Of a stretch of 64,000 nucleotides of DNA, positions 40,126-49,366 are shown in pieces; the first letter of the stretch is position 1, and each line of letters starts with the position of its first letter. Made by a program: the position numbers and the translations under genes. The stretch is from Nisaea sp. (lineage in GTDB: Bacteria; Pseudomonadota; Alphaproteobacteria; Thalassobaculales; Thalassobaculaceae): the NCBI RefSeq assembly GCF_965216895.1, contig NZ_OZ244205.1, forward strand, positions 34,791 through 98,790, written 5' to 3'. The notes below the pieces were generated by a model. The model did not search any database and had not been told where the DNA came from. It was given only the letters and a program-made list of their open reading frames with translations.

Positions 40126-41384
40126 TCGAGAAAATCCGGGTTGGAGCTGTGATTGGCCTCGGAGAGCCGCGTCCAGGGCAGGGCATAGGCGAATTGCGTG
40201 AGCGTCGCGGTCAGGCTGCGCGCATCGCGCGGATGGCCTTCGTTCGCGAGGAAAGCCTGGTACTCTCCGCCGATCTCGAGAAAGCGCGCGGTGGCTGCGG
40301 AAACCGTCTCGGGTCCATCGTCCGAGGCCTCCATCTCCTCCACGGCCGCAAGGATCTCGGTCGGGCTGTTGTCCTCGGTCAGGAAGCCGCACTGTTTTAC
40401 CGCTTCGGCGTCGGCATGATGGGCTGTACCCGATCGGAGCAGGGAAGTCAGGCGGGCAGGTCTGCCGTCTTCGACCGTGCGGTAGGACTTGAACAGCAGC
40501 CGGTCGCCCGGATTTGTCCACATCTCGCATTGAAGAACGCAGTTCACCAGAAGCTGCGGTACGCCGAGAACCCGGAACGCGGCCTCCGGACCTGATGAAC
40601 AGGTGATCCCGAAACGCGCGCGTGCGATCAGTCCCGGATCGAGCAGGGTGGTGTAGTCCGGTTCCCGCCAGACCTCGATATAGCGCGGGTCTTCGACCGG
40701 ACAGGGGATCGTGCCGTCAACGCCCAGGCGCAGCACCCAGTAGCCCTTGTCGAGCAGATGCCGGATCGCCGGGATGTAGGTCGAGATATCGGCGGCGCGG
40801 TAGAAATGTATCGCCTGGTCGGCAAGGAAATTCCGGTCCCGAACATTGAGTATGACCACACGGTCGCTGTCCGTGATCCCGCGGCTCGCGCAGAAATCGC
40901 GGGCGGCGTCCCGCACCGGCGGGGGCACCTTGAAGTGGCGTGGGCGCGCGCCGGTCTCGTTCAGACGCTTGATGTAGTCGTCCAGAAGGCCGCTCGGACC
41001 GCGCTGGTGCCAGGTGAGTCCCTGCAGTTCGAGGATTCCGGCATCCACATGGCCCATGATCATGATTCCAGGCTCGTCGGTTTCCTGAATGCGGAAATAG
41101 GGATCGATGACGGCGCGCATGCCGAGACTGTGGGGGGCCACGCGGCTGTCCGGAAAGAGCAGGACCATGCGGTCGCGGGTGTCCCCGTAGAGTTCCCAGA
41201 GCGCATGCGGTTCCATGGCGATATGCCCGATGCGCCAGGCCAGCGGCATGATATGCAGAACCGTTCGGCCTCCTCCCTGGAGATGCGGTGCGACGATCTG
41301 GATCAGCCGGGTGACGCGCTCGGGATCGAAAATGTTCCGGAGCTGGGATTCCCCGAGCCGGTTCGTGGACCGTGTCTCCGCCAA
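40122..41384 (-). CDS. TIGR04372-like putative glycosyltransferase
   Basis: GHIA.EP, V.LNVRD...H.YR.ADI.TY.PAI..L...GY.V.RLG, LD..L...ARF.I...SG, DN...EI; TTG start with AGGAG RBS. Confidence 0.7.
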   Translation of the reverse strand: MAETRSTNRLGESQLRNIFDPERVTRLIQIVAPHLQGGGRTVLHIMPLAWRIGHIAMEPHALWELYGDTRDRMVLLFPDSRVAPHSLGMRAVIDPYFRIQETDEPGIMIMGHVDAGILELQGLTWHQRGPSGLLDDYIKRLNETGARPRHFKVPPPVRDAARDFCASRGITDSDRVVILNVRDRNFLADQAIHFYRAADISTYIPAIRHLLDKGYWVLRLGVDGTIPCPVEDPRYIEVWREPDYTTLLDPGLIARARFGITCSSGPEAAFRVLGVPQLLVNCVLQCEMWTNPGDRLLFKSYRTVEDGRPARLTSLLRSGTAHHADAEAVKQCGFLTEDNSPTEILAAVEEMEASDDGPETVSAATARFLEIGGEYQAFLANEGHPRDARSLTATLTQFAYALPWTRLSEANHSSNPDFLE

Positions 41385-41395
41385 GCTCGAACTCC

Positions 41396-42457
41396 TCAGG
41401 ACAGCAGCGGTTGAAGAACGTCCCGCTCGGCCGCCAGCCAGTCGAAGACCTCGTCGAGCAGGATGTCGAGCGAGCGTTTCGGCGCCCAGTCGAAGGTGGC
41501 CATGGCGCGCCGCGCATCGGTGACGAACCAGGGGATGTCCGCCGGGTTCGTGTCCGGCTGCGCGGCGATCTCCAGTTCCCGTCCGGCGCGGGCGGTGCAT
41601 ACGCCGGTCAGGCGGCGGAGCGAAGTCGCGTTCGTGTCGCCTCCGCCGACATTCCACACTCCCGTGGCAGATACTGACATGTCGTCGAGCTGTCGGACGA
41701 GCAGATCGTAGAGGTCGGCGACATGCAGCACGTCGCGGACCTGGTGTCCGTGACCGCCGAAGCCGTTGTAGCTGAGCTTTCCGCCATAGAGATGCCGGGC
41801 GGCCCAGAGGCATATGAAACCCTGGTCGACCTTACCCATCTGCCACGGCCCCGCGAGCACGCCGCAACGGTTGACGATGGCTTTCAGGCCGAAGGCGGCG
41901 CGGTATTCCTCGATGAACTGCTCGGAAGCGAGCTTGGTGGCGCCGTAGAGAGAGCGGTGTCCATCGAGCGGGAAATCCTCCGCGATGCCGTATGCAGACC
42001 ATCCTTGACCTGCGGCCCCGGGAGGGATGGCAAGGCCTTCATTCTCGGTCTCCAGCGGCAGCGCGCGCAGCGGATCGATCGGATAGACCCGGCTTGTGGA
42101 GAGGAAGACGAGGGCGGCGTCGTGGCGCCGTGCGGCTTCCAGGCAATTCAGCGTGCCGCGCAGATTCGTATCGAGCAGGTAGGCGGGGCTGCCGGAATAG
42201 CCGGCCTGGACCGAGGGTTCGGCCGAACATTCCAGCAGCAGATCCATGGGGCCCAGCGCCGAGAGGTCTTCCGGGTCGCGGATGTCGGCATGTTCGAAGC
42301 GGATCCCGGCATCCCTGAGACGCGGCAGGTTCAGTTCGCTGCCGCGCCGCTTCAGATTATCTGCGGCGATGATTTCGGCGGAAGGATTGTCGTGCTTGAA
42401 CGCGAGGGCAAGACTTGACCCTACGAAGCCGGCGCCGCCGGTTACGAGAATGCGCAT
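41396..42457 (-). CDS. NAD-dependent epimerase/dehydratase (CDP-paratose/tyvelose 2-epimerase-like)
   Basis: TGGAGFVG, DNL.RRGSE.NL.RL, YGATK, RCGV.AGPWQMGK.DQG, G.G.QVRD.LH..DL. Confidence 0.85.
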   Translation of the reverse strand: MRILVTGGAGFVGSSLALAFKHDNPSAEIIAADNLKRRGSELNLPRLRDAGIRFEHADIRDPEDLSALGPMDLLLECSAEPSVQAGYSGSPAYLLDTNLRGTLNCLEAARRHDAALVFLSTSRVYPIDPLRALPLETENEGLAIPPGAAGQGWSAYGIAEDFPLDGHRSLYGATKLASEQFIEEYRAAFGLKAIVNRCGVLAGPWQMGKVDQGFICLWAARHLYGGKLSYNGFGGHGHQVRDVLHVADLYDLLVRQLDDMSVSATGVWNVGGGDTNATSLRRLTGVCTARAGRELEIAAQPDTNPADIPWFVTDARRAMATFDWAPKRSLDILLDEVFDWLAAERDVLQPLLS

Positions 42458-42659
42458 GGGTTTGTCTTGTGCTCCCGGATTCTACCTGACCCGGCTTAGC
42501 GCAGCGCAGTGAGCGGGGCAAATCCAAATGAAAACCATCCATTCCAAGAATGCAATTGCATCCCACGATGCGGAAACTTAGAATGAGTCAAAGTCAGATG
42601 TCGGCGGTAAAGTCGCGCCTGCGTAAATTGTATACAAAACTAGGGAAGAATTCGAGCAC

Positions 42660-43460
42660 ATGACCGCATCTCCAAAGCGATCGGATGCAGAACGGTCGGG
42701 CCAGATCCAGTCGGTTGCGCGCGCAATCAGCGTGCTGAACGCACTCGCGGCAGACGAGGACGGCATGACCCTGACAGAGATTGCCCATACCGTTACGTTG
42801 CCGCCGTCCACGGTCCACCGGTTGCTCACCACGCTGCAGCAGGAACGCTATGTCCGTTTTGATACCGAACGGGGCGCATGGCAGATCGGCGTTCAGTGTT
42901 TCGCCGTCGGCAATGCCTTTCTGCGCACCCGGGACCTCGTCGCGATCACCCGTCCCTACATGCGGCGCCTGATGGAAGAAAGCGGGGAAACCGTCAATCT
43001 CGCGGTCCGTGATCATGACGAAATGGTCTATCTGGCGCAGGTGGAATGCCGCGAGATGATGCGGGCGTTCGCCAAGCCTGGGGCTCGTGTGCCGATTGCC
43101 GGCTCTGCGGTGGGAAAGACCCTGCTCGCGCGGCTCAAGACGGACGAGGTTTCCAAACTGCTTGCCCGGGTCAGCGTGGAACACAAGACGCGCCGTACGA
43201 TCGACGCACTGCCGCGCATGGAAGCCGAACTGCAGCGGGTCCGCGAGGTCGAGTTCGCGGTCGACAACGAGGAGCATTCAGTGGGATTGCGCTGCGTTGC
43301 CTCTGCCGTTTTCGGGCATCACAGCGAGCCGCTGGCGGCAATCTCGATCTCGGGACCGACGGCTCGCATTACCGATGAGCGGATCGACAAGCTCGGCAAG
43401 ATCGTCTGTACTGTCGCCAGAGAAGCGACCGTGGCCCTTGGAGGGATCTGGCCGCAGTGA
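42660..43460 (+). CDS. IclR-family regulator (AllR/BhcR-like)
   Basis: QSV.RA..VL, LTEIA....LP.STVHRLL.TL, SGETVNL, DNEE...GLRC.A, AAISISGP. Confidence 0.92.
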   Translation: MTASPKRSDAERSGQIQSVARAISVLNALAADEDGMTLTEIAHTVTLPPSTVHRLLTTLQQERYVRFDTERGAWQIGVQCFAVGNAFLRTRDLVAITRPYMRRLMEESGETVNLAVRDHDEMVYLAQVECREMMRAFAKPGARVPIAGSAVGKTLLARLKTDEVSKLLARVSVEHKTRRTIDALPRMEAELQRVREVEFAVDNEEHSVGLRCVASAVFGHHSEPLAAISISGPTARITDERIDKLGKIVCTVAREATVALGGIWPQ

Positions 43461-43506
43461 GGCGTGGCTGCTCCGGCGTTCTCACGCCGGGCGGGGCGCG
43501 ATCCGG

Positions 43507-44325
43507 TCAGTCGTATTCTTCCGCCAGGAACTGCTGGTTCATGGAGAGCGCCGGCTGTTCGCAGCCGGCCGTGCCCACTTCACGCGCCGGAACGCCGGCG
43601 ACGGTGGTGTTCGGCGGCACGTTCTTCAGCACAACGGAGCCCGCACCGACGCGGGAGCATTCTCCCACCTCAATGTTGCCGAGAATCTTGGCGCCGGCGC
43701 CGATCATGGTGCCGCGCCGGACTTTCGGATGCCGATCGCCGGTCTCCTTGCCGGTACCGCCGAGGGTGACCGCGTGCAGCAGCGAGACGCCGTCCTCCAC
43801 CACTGCGGTCTCGCCGATGACGAGTCCGGTGCCGTGGTCGACCATGATGCCCTTGCCGATCTGTGCCGCCGGGTGGATATCCACGCTGAACACGCTGGCG
43901 ACGCGGCTCTGGAAGTATTTCGCGAGATATTCGCGCCCATGGCCCCAGAGCCAGTGAGCGATGCGATAGGCCTGCAGGGCATGGAACCCCTTGAAGTAGA
44001 GGAACGGCTCGAGATAGCCGGTGCAGGCGGGATCGCGCTCGTAGGTGGCGGAGAGATCCGCCCGGGCCGCCTCGCCGATCCTGGGGTCTGAAAGCACCGC
44101 GTTGTGCACGACCTGGTAGACCGACAGATCGCTCATTTCCGGCCCGCCGATCTTCTGCGAGATGAGATAGGAGAGCGCGTCTTCGAAGGTCTGCTGGTCG
44201 AGGACGCTGGCATGCATCCAGCTCGCGAGCGCGGATTCCTTCTCCGCCCAGGCCGCCGCGTCCCTCAGCATGTCGTTCCACACCGGGTCGAGGACCGCTT
44301 TCGGTCTCGGGTTGGCGTCAACCAT
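43507..44325 (-). CDS. cysE: Serine O-acetyltransferase
   Basis: RDPAC, FKGFHALQAYR, VDIHPAA.IGKG..VDHGTG, VTLGGTGKETGDRHPKV. Confidence 0.95.
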   Translation of the reverse strand: MVDANPRPKAVLDPVWNDMLRDAAAWAEKESALASWMHASVLDQQTFEDALSYLISQKIGGPEMSDLSVYQVVHNAVLSDPRIGEAARADLSATYERDPACTGYLEPFLYFKGFHALQAYRIAHWLWGHGREYLAKYFQSRVASVFSVDIHPAAQIGKGIMVDHGTGLVIGETAVVEDGVSLLHAVTLGGTGKETGDRHPKVRRGTMIGAGAKILGNIEVGECSRVGAGSVVLKNVPPNTTVAGVPAREVGTAGCEQPALSMNQQFLAEEYD

Positions 44326-44446
44326 TCAGTCCTCCCCGCCGCATCCACGGCGTCCTTGGCTGCCGGGCACCGTCGGGAGCGCCGACGGTGCTAGCTTAGA
44401 TAAGCATGCCGGTTGCTGAAGCAATATTCGGCGAGATGCAAGGATA

Positions 44447-45499
44447 TCATGCCAAAACCGCAAGATAGAGGGCAAATCCGTAGGCCACGGCGAGGGAGCC
44501 GAGCAGGCCGAGGCTGAGATACCAGGCGAAGACCCCGCCACGAACCAGCGCGAACACGGCCATCGATGCCGGAATGCTGGTGATCCCGCCCGCGATCATG
44601 AAGGCGAGTCCGGCCGCCGGCGTCATGCCGAGATCCATCAGGCCGCCGACCAGAGGAATGGCCGCGTAGCCGTTGAGATAGGTCGGAACTCCGACCAGGA
44701 TGGCGGCGGGAATGGTCCACCATTCGCCACCGCCGAGATAGGTCGCGATCTTGTCCGCGGGCACATAGGAGACCATCAGGCTCTCGAGCAGGAAGGCAAG
44801 GGTCAGCCACTTCAGCAGGAAGAGGCCAGTGGTCTTCGCCTCGCCGGCGAAAGCGGAGCGGCGCTCGGGTTCGGACCAGAAAGACCAGACAACCTTTTCC
44901 GTCTTCAGGGCGCTGGAGCCGCCGCAACCGCTGCCGCATCCCTTCGTCAGTTGCGGGCGCAGGGCGTCGGCGAAGGCGCCGCCCTTGACCAGAATATGGG
45001 TGGCGAAACCGGCGATCGCACCGATGCCGAAGGCGGCGAGCATCTTCGCGACGCTGAATTCGAACCCCATCACCGGGAGCATCAGGATGAACATTTCGGG
45101 GTCCATCAGCGGCGAGGCGAGCCAGAAGGCCATGACCGGAGCCAGCGGCACGCCGGCGCCGAGCAGCCCGGCTATGATCGGCACGACGCCGCAGGAGCAG
45201 AAGGGCGAGAGTGCGCCGAAGGCGGCGGCCAGAAGGATGGCCCGTGTGGCATTGCCGGAAAAGGCACGGCCGATCTGGTGATCGAGACCGCTCGCCCTGG
45301 CAAAGGCGGCCACGGCGACCGAAACGGCGAGATAGGGCGCGATGCCGATCAGGGCTTCGATCGTGAACCGTGCGCTGGCGGGGACCTGAGCGGAAGCCAG
45401 GACAGCGAGCGCCGCAAAGATCAGGGCGACGGCGATCCAGACCCGGTCGATGCGGCCGAAGCGGAGGGAGAGGGAACGTGTCAGTTCTGCGGTGGTCAT
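44447..45499 (-). CDS. DUF318 permease (ArsP-like)
   Basis: SPFCSCGVVP, MAFWLASPL, GVP.Y, G...AF.I.G..TSIP; start set at MTTAE. Confidence 0.85.
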   Translation of the reverse strand: MTTAELTRSLSLRFGRIDRVWIAVALIFAALAVLASAQVPASARFTIEALIGIAPYLAVSVAVAAFARASGLDHQIGRAFSGNATRAILLAAAFGALSPFCSCGVVPIIAGLLGAGVPLAPVMAFWLASPLMDPEMFILMLPVMGFEFSVAKMLAAFGIGAIAGFATHILVKGGAFADALRPQLTKGCGSGCGGSSALKTEKVVWSFWSEPERRSAFAGEAKTTGLFLLKWLTLAFLLESLMVSYVPADKIATYLGGGEWWTIPAAILVGVPTYLNGYAAIPLVGGLMDLGMTPAAGLAFMIAGGITSIPASMAVFALVRGGVFAWYLSLGLLGSLAVAYGFALYLAVLA

Positions 45500-45552
45500 G
45501 ATCTTGTCCCGTGATTCCAGAATTGTCGAATTAACATCCCAAATAAAAAGGC

Positions 45553-45873
45553 CTACGCGCCTTCCTGTTCTTCCATCGGCACGACATCGAGCCCGTTGCA
45601 GCATTCCGAGCAGAGATAGGCGACGAGCTCGTCCGCCAGTTCGAAATTTGCCGTGCAACGCAGCACCCGGCCTTGCCGTTCCTGGCGGGCAAGCCCGGCC
45701 CAGACCAGATGCGAGATATGATGCGAGAGGGTCGATTTCGGGATGTTCAGATGCTTCTGAATTTCGCCGACAGACACCCCCTCCGGTCCCGCTTTGATCA
45801 GCAGGCGGAAGGCCTCCAGCCTGTGCGGGTTGCCGAGTTCGGAGAGGCACTTCGATGCGGTTTCGATATCCAT
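45553..45873 (-). CDS. arsR: ArsR/SmtB-family repressor with a C-terminal Cys cluster
   Basis: LG.PHRL..FRLL, IP.STLSHH...L..AGL..QER.GR, YLCSECC. Confidence 0.85.
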   Translation of the reverse strand: MDIETASKCLSELGNPHRLEAFRLLIKAGPEGVSVGEIQKHLNIPKSTLSHHISHLVWAGLARQERQGRVLRCTANFELADELVAYLCSECCNGLDVVPMEEQEGA

Positions 45874-45879
45874 GCCCCA

Positions 45880-45908
45880 AATCTAGGCCCGGTAACGGAT
45901 CGAGTCAA
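45880..45908 (-). promoter_or_regulatory. Sigma70 promoter of arsR, implying a leaderless mRNA
   Basis: Minus strand TTGACT-N17-TAGATT; +1 falls at about the ATG (45873); no RBS. Confidence 0.5.
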
Positions 45909-45928
45909 CGATTGTTCTAGAGTTATCG
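45909..45928. promoter_or_regulatory. Putative ArsR operator
   Basis: CGAT-N3-TCTAGA-N3-ATCG palindrome, flanked by GTCAA and TTGAC. Confidence 0.45.
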
Positions 45929-46056
45929 AATTGACATGATGCCGCAATCATCCTGTTGCTATCTGTCATGCAGCTTTCACACCGGGACATCTTGCCCGAC
46001 CCGTGCGGCGGGAGGAGAATGCCGCGTCATTTACCGATTTCTTGTGAGGGTTTCCG

Positions 46057-47550
46057 ATGACGCGGCCGCGTTTTCTCTTTGTGCTTTTCGACGGGCTGCG
46101 CCGGGACATGGTGCGCGCTGATACTGCTCCGGCGATTCACGGCTTCCGCCAGGCCTGGACGGATTTTCCGAACAGCGCTTCCGTTTTTCCTGTCGAGACC
46201 CGGGTTCAGGTCTCCAGCTTTGTCACGGGGTCTTTTCCGGGCCACGCCGCTTTGCACCCTGCAGGCGACAACCGGCACGCGGGCCACGGGATCATGGGCA
46301 ACAGCTTCTACGATCCGGACCTTGGCTTTGACGGGCCGATGGACACGTCCGACGATGCAAAGATGTCGGCCGCGGCGAAGCATTACGGCCGCCTGCAGGG
46401 CTCGCGCAACATCGGCGAGATCCTGCATGAGGCGGGACGGAAATACGCCGTGGTCACGACCGGAAAGATCGGCAACGCGCGGCTGCTCAATCTCGGGGCC
46501 GCCGCTCACGGCCAGCCGGTATTCTCGATCTGGGGCGCGGATATCTCCAGCCCGGCGGCGGAATTCGACGCCGTGATCGAGCGCTTCGGCCCGGTGCCCG
46601 AACAGCAGTTTCCGAATGTCGCGGTGATGGATTATGCGACCAGCGTGCTGCTTGATGAATTCATTCCGAAGCATGACGCGGATATCCAGGTGGTCTGGTT
46701 CAACGAGCCGGACCTCAGTTTCCATTACCGGGAGATCGGTTCGCCGGACAGCCTGCGGGCGATCAGGGCGGTGGACGATGCCTTCCGCCGTATCCTCGAC
46801 TGGTGGGAGGCCGAGGGACGGGAAGAAGGCTGGCAGATCGTCGCGGCCTCCGATCACGGCCAGATCACCGTCACCGGACAGATCAACGTGGCGGAGGAAC
46901 TGGCAGGAGCGGGGTTCCGTGTCGGCAGGGCCCTGGGCCCGGACGTCGACGTGGTTGTGAAACGCAGCTATGCGGGCGGCATAAGCATCCGCGACCGAGA
47001 TCATGAGACGACGGAAAGGGTTTTCGACTGGCTGAGCCGGCAGGACTGGTGCGGGCTGGTCTTCAGCCGCGAGGAGCGGAAAGGCGCGCTGCCGATGAGC
47101 GCGATCAATGTCGCGGGAAGCCGGGCGCCGGACCTCTACATGGTGCTGCGCACCTCGGAGGGCGCCAATGCGCACGGCTATCCCGGTCTCTGCTACGCCG
47201 ACAACGGCGACATTCCGGTCGGCGGCGGCATGCATGGCGGCCTGCAGCAGCACGAGTTGAACAACCTGCTGACGGCGGGCGGCGAGCTGTTCCGCGAAGG
47301 GCATGTCGTCGAAACCCCGACCGGGCTGGTCGATGTCGTCCCGACCATGCTGGCGGCGCTGGAGGTCGAGGCGCCGGAGAGCATGACCGGGCGGGTCCTG
47401 GCCGAGGCCCTCCGGATCGATGCCAAACCGCCATTCTGGCAGGAGATGCTGCTGCGCGCGGAGCGCGGCGACTATGCCCAGGAACTCCGCATCGCGCAGG
47501 TCGAGGGTGCGCCGAACCACTATCTGCGTGGCGGTCGCCGCACCGCATGA
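46057..47550 (+). CDS. Alkaline phosphatase superfamily / nucleotide pyrophosphatase-phosphodiesterase-like
   Basis: LFDGLR.D, Thr nucleophile in PVETRV, EPD..FH, SDHGQ, GMHG. Confidence 0.85.
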   Translation: MTRPRFLFVLFDGLRRDMVRADTAPAIHGFRQAWTDFPNSASVFPVETRVQVSSFVTGSFPGHAALHPAGDNRHAGHGIMGNSFYDPDLGFDGPMDTSDDAKMSAAAKHYGRLQGSRNIGEILHEAGRKYAVVTTGKIGNARLLNLGAAAHGQPVFSIWGADISSPAAEFDAVIERFGPVPEQQFPNVAVMDYATSVLLDEFIPKHDADIQVVWFNEPDLSFHYREIGSPDSLRAIRAVDDAFRRILDWWEAEGREEGWQIVAASDHGQITVTGQINVAEELAGAGFRVGRALGPDVDVVVKRSYAGGISIRDRDHETTERVFDWLSRQDWCGLVFSREERKGALPMSAINVAGSRAPDLYMVLRTSEGANAHGYPGLCYADNGDIPVGGGMHGGLQQHELNNLLTAGGELFREGHVVETPTGLVDVVPTMLAALEVEAPESMTGRVLAEALRIDAKPPFWQEMLLRAERGDYAQELRIAQVEGAPNHYLRGGRRTA

Positions 47551-47553
47551 CGG

Positions 47554-48951
47554 TCAGGCGGTCGCGCCTTCGCGGGCGATCGCGCGGTGCATCAGCACTT
47601 CGAAGCGGATCATCAGCGCGAAGCAGGCGGCGGTCAGGCCGACTGCAAGTCCGCTCCAGACGCCCGCGCCCTTCAGGTCGAACTCGAAGGCGAGCAGCGC
47701 GCCGGCCGAGAAACCGAACACCCAGTATCCGAGAAGGGCCAGGATCGCCGGGATCGTCGTGTCCTTCAGTCCGCGCAGATTGCCCGCGGCCACGGCCTGC
47801 CCGGCGTCGACGAGCTGGAACACAGCGCTGATCCAGAGGAACAGAACGGCGAGCCTGACCGCGTCGGCGTTCTCCGGATCGTCGAGGCGGAGATAGAAAC
47901 CGACCAGAATCTCGCTCCCGAACCAGAAAGTCAGGGCGGCAATCACCGCGAAGCCGACGCCGACATAGGTCGATGTCCGCCCCGCAAGCAGCGCGTCGTG
48001 CAGCCGTTTGCGGCCCATGGCAAGGCCGACCCGGATGGTTGCCGCCTGGCTCACCCCGAGCGGCACCATGAAGGCGACGGACGAACATTGCAGCGCGACC
48101 GCATGCGCGGCGAGCTGGTCCGGCCCGAACAGCCCGACCATGAAGGAACTCGCGGCGAACAGCCCGGCCTCGGCGAGAACGGTCAGGCCGATCGGGACAC
48201 CGATCTTCTGTATCTCGAAATAGCGGTTCCAGTCCGGGCGCCAGAAGCGGCCGAACAGGTTGTAGCGCCGGAACTTGCGGTCCGTCAGGACGAAAGCGGT
48301 CTGGGCCAGGAACATGAAGCACTGCACGGCCACCGTTGCGATCGCGGCGCCGATCAGTCCCATTTCCGGGAAGCCGAACTTGCCGAAGATCAATGCATAA
48401 TCCAGCGCCGCATTCAGGCCGATGGACAGGATCAGGATCACCATCGAGGATCGCGGCCGGGAATGGGCGGTGACGAAATTGCGCAGCACCGTGAAGCACA
48501 TCAGCGGCAGCAGGCCCCATTTCGCATACGCGACATAGCTGTCGGCCGCAGCCGCGAGCCCGGAATCCTGTCCCATCAGGAGCAGCAGGGCCTCCGCGTT
48601 CGAGAGCAGAAGGATGCAGGGGATGCAGAGCGTGATCGCGACCCAGAAGCCCTGGCGCAGCGTTCGTCGCACGCCACGCAGATTGATCGCCCCTATCTCA
48701 TGGCTGAACATCGCCGCGGTGGCCGCCAGCAGACCGATGCCGAAGAACACAAGCGGAAAAATCGTGGAGGTCGCCAGCGTGGCGGCCGCCAGCTCGTCCG
48801 GACCGAGCCAGCCGATCATGATGACGTCGATGGTGTTGAGCGCGATGGTCGCGAGCTGGGTCAGGACCAGCGGCCAGGCAAGCTTCAGGGTCGCGGAAAG
48901 CTCATGGCGCCAGGTCGCGCGGGCAGGAGTGATCGTGGAAACATCGGACAT
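47554..48951 (-). CDS. MATE efflux transporter (NorM-like)
   Basis: LAWPLVLTQL, D..MIG.LG, GKFGFPEMG..GAA.AT, IG.PIG....E, D..QAV..G.LRG. Confidence 0.93.
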   Translation of the reverse strand: MSDVSTITPARATWRHELSATLKLAWPLVLTQLATIALNTIDVIMIGWLGPDELAAATLATSTIFPLVFFGIGLLAATAAMFSHEIGAINLRGVRRTLRQGFWVAITLCIPCILLLSNAEALLLLMGQDSGLAAAADSYVAYAKWGLLPLMCFTVLRNFVTAHSRPRSSMVILILSIGLNAALDYALIFGKFGFPEMGLIGAAIATVAVQCFMFLAQTAFVLTDRKFRRYNLFGRFWRPDWNRYFEIQKIGVPIGLTVLAEAGLFAASSFMVGLFGPDQLAAHAVALQCSSVAFMVPLGVSQAATIRVGLAMGRKRLHDALLAGRTSTYVGVGFAVIAALTFWFGSEILVGFYLRLDDPENADAVRLAVLFLWISAVFQLVDAGQAVAAGNLRGLKDTTIPAILALLGYWVFGFSAGALLAFEFDLKGAGVWSGLAVGLTAACFALMIRFEVLMHRAIAREGATA

Positions 48952-49366
48952 GGAAAAAGCTCAGGCAAGAAAGGGACGAAAACCGGCGGGCGGACACCGC
49001 GTAGTGCGGCCGCCTATTCGGGCATTCGTGGCGGTAGGGCCTGGAGCTTGATTTCCATGAAGCTGTCTTTACGCTTCCGGCGAGGGGTGGTCAACCCGGA
49101 CCGCCAGGTGGTTTGGAGGGCACGGTGAGCCGGTGGCGAAGCCGCGCGGCAATCCGGAGGTGGCCGGCCCATGCCGGCCATGAGGGCAGTTCCGACAGGC
49201 ATCTCGATCGGCGTACCGAATGTCCGTGGCGGCGGTCCCGCAGCTTGCCGCTGGTCTTTGCTTGTCTTTCCTTTCCGGCGCGCCTGTGATGTATCTTTCG
49301 GCGAGTACCGGCCAGCGCCTGAGTACCCCCGCAGCCCGTCAATCTCGTCCGGACCGGAGTTCGCCC

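Noticed and set aside
40920-40929. 10-bp match (CGGGGGCACC) to the tRNA-Leu 3' end as a possible attR
   Set aside because: Short, GC-rich, inside a coding sequence, and no integrase is present
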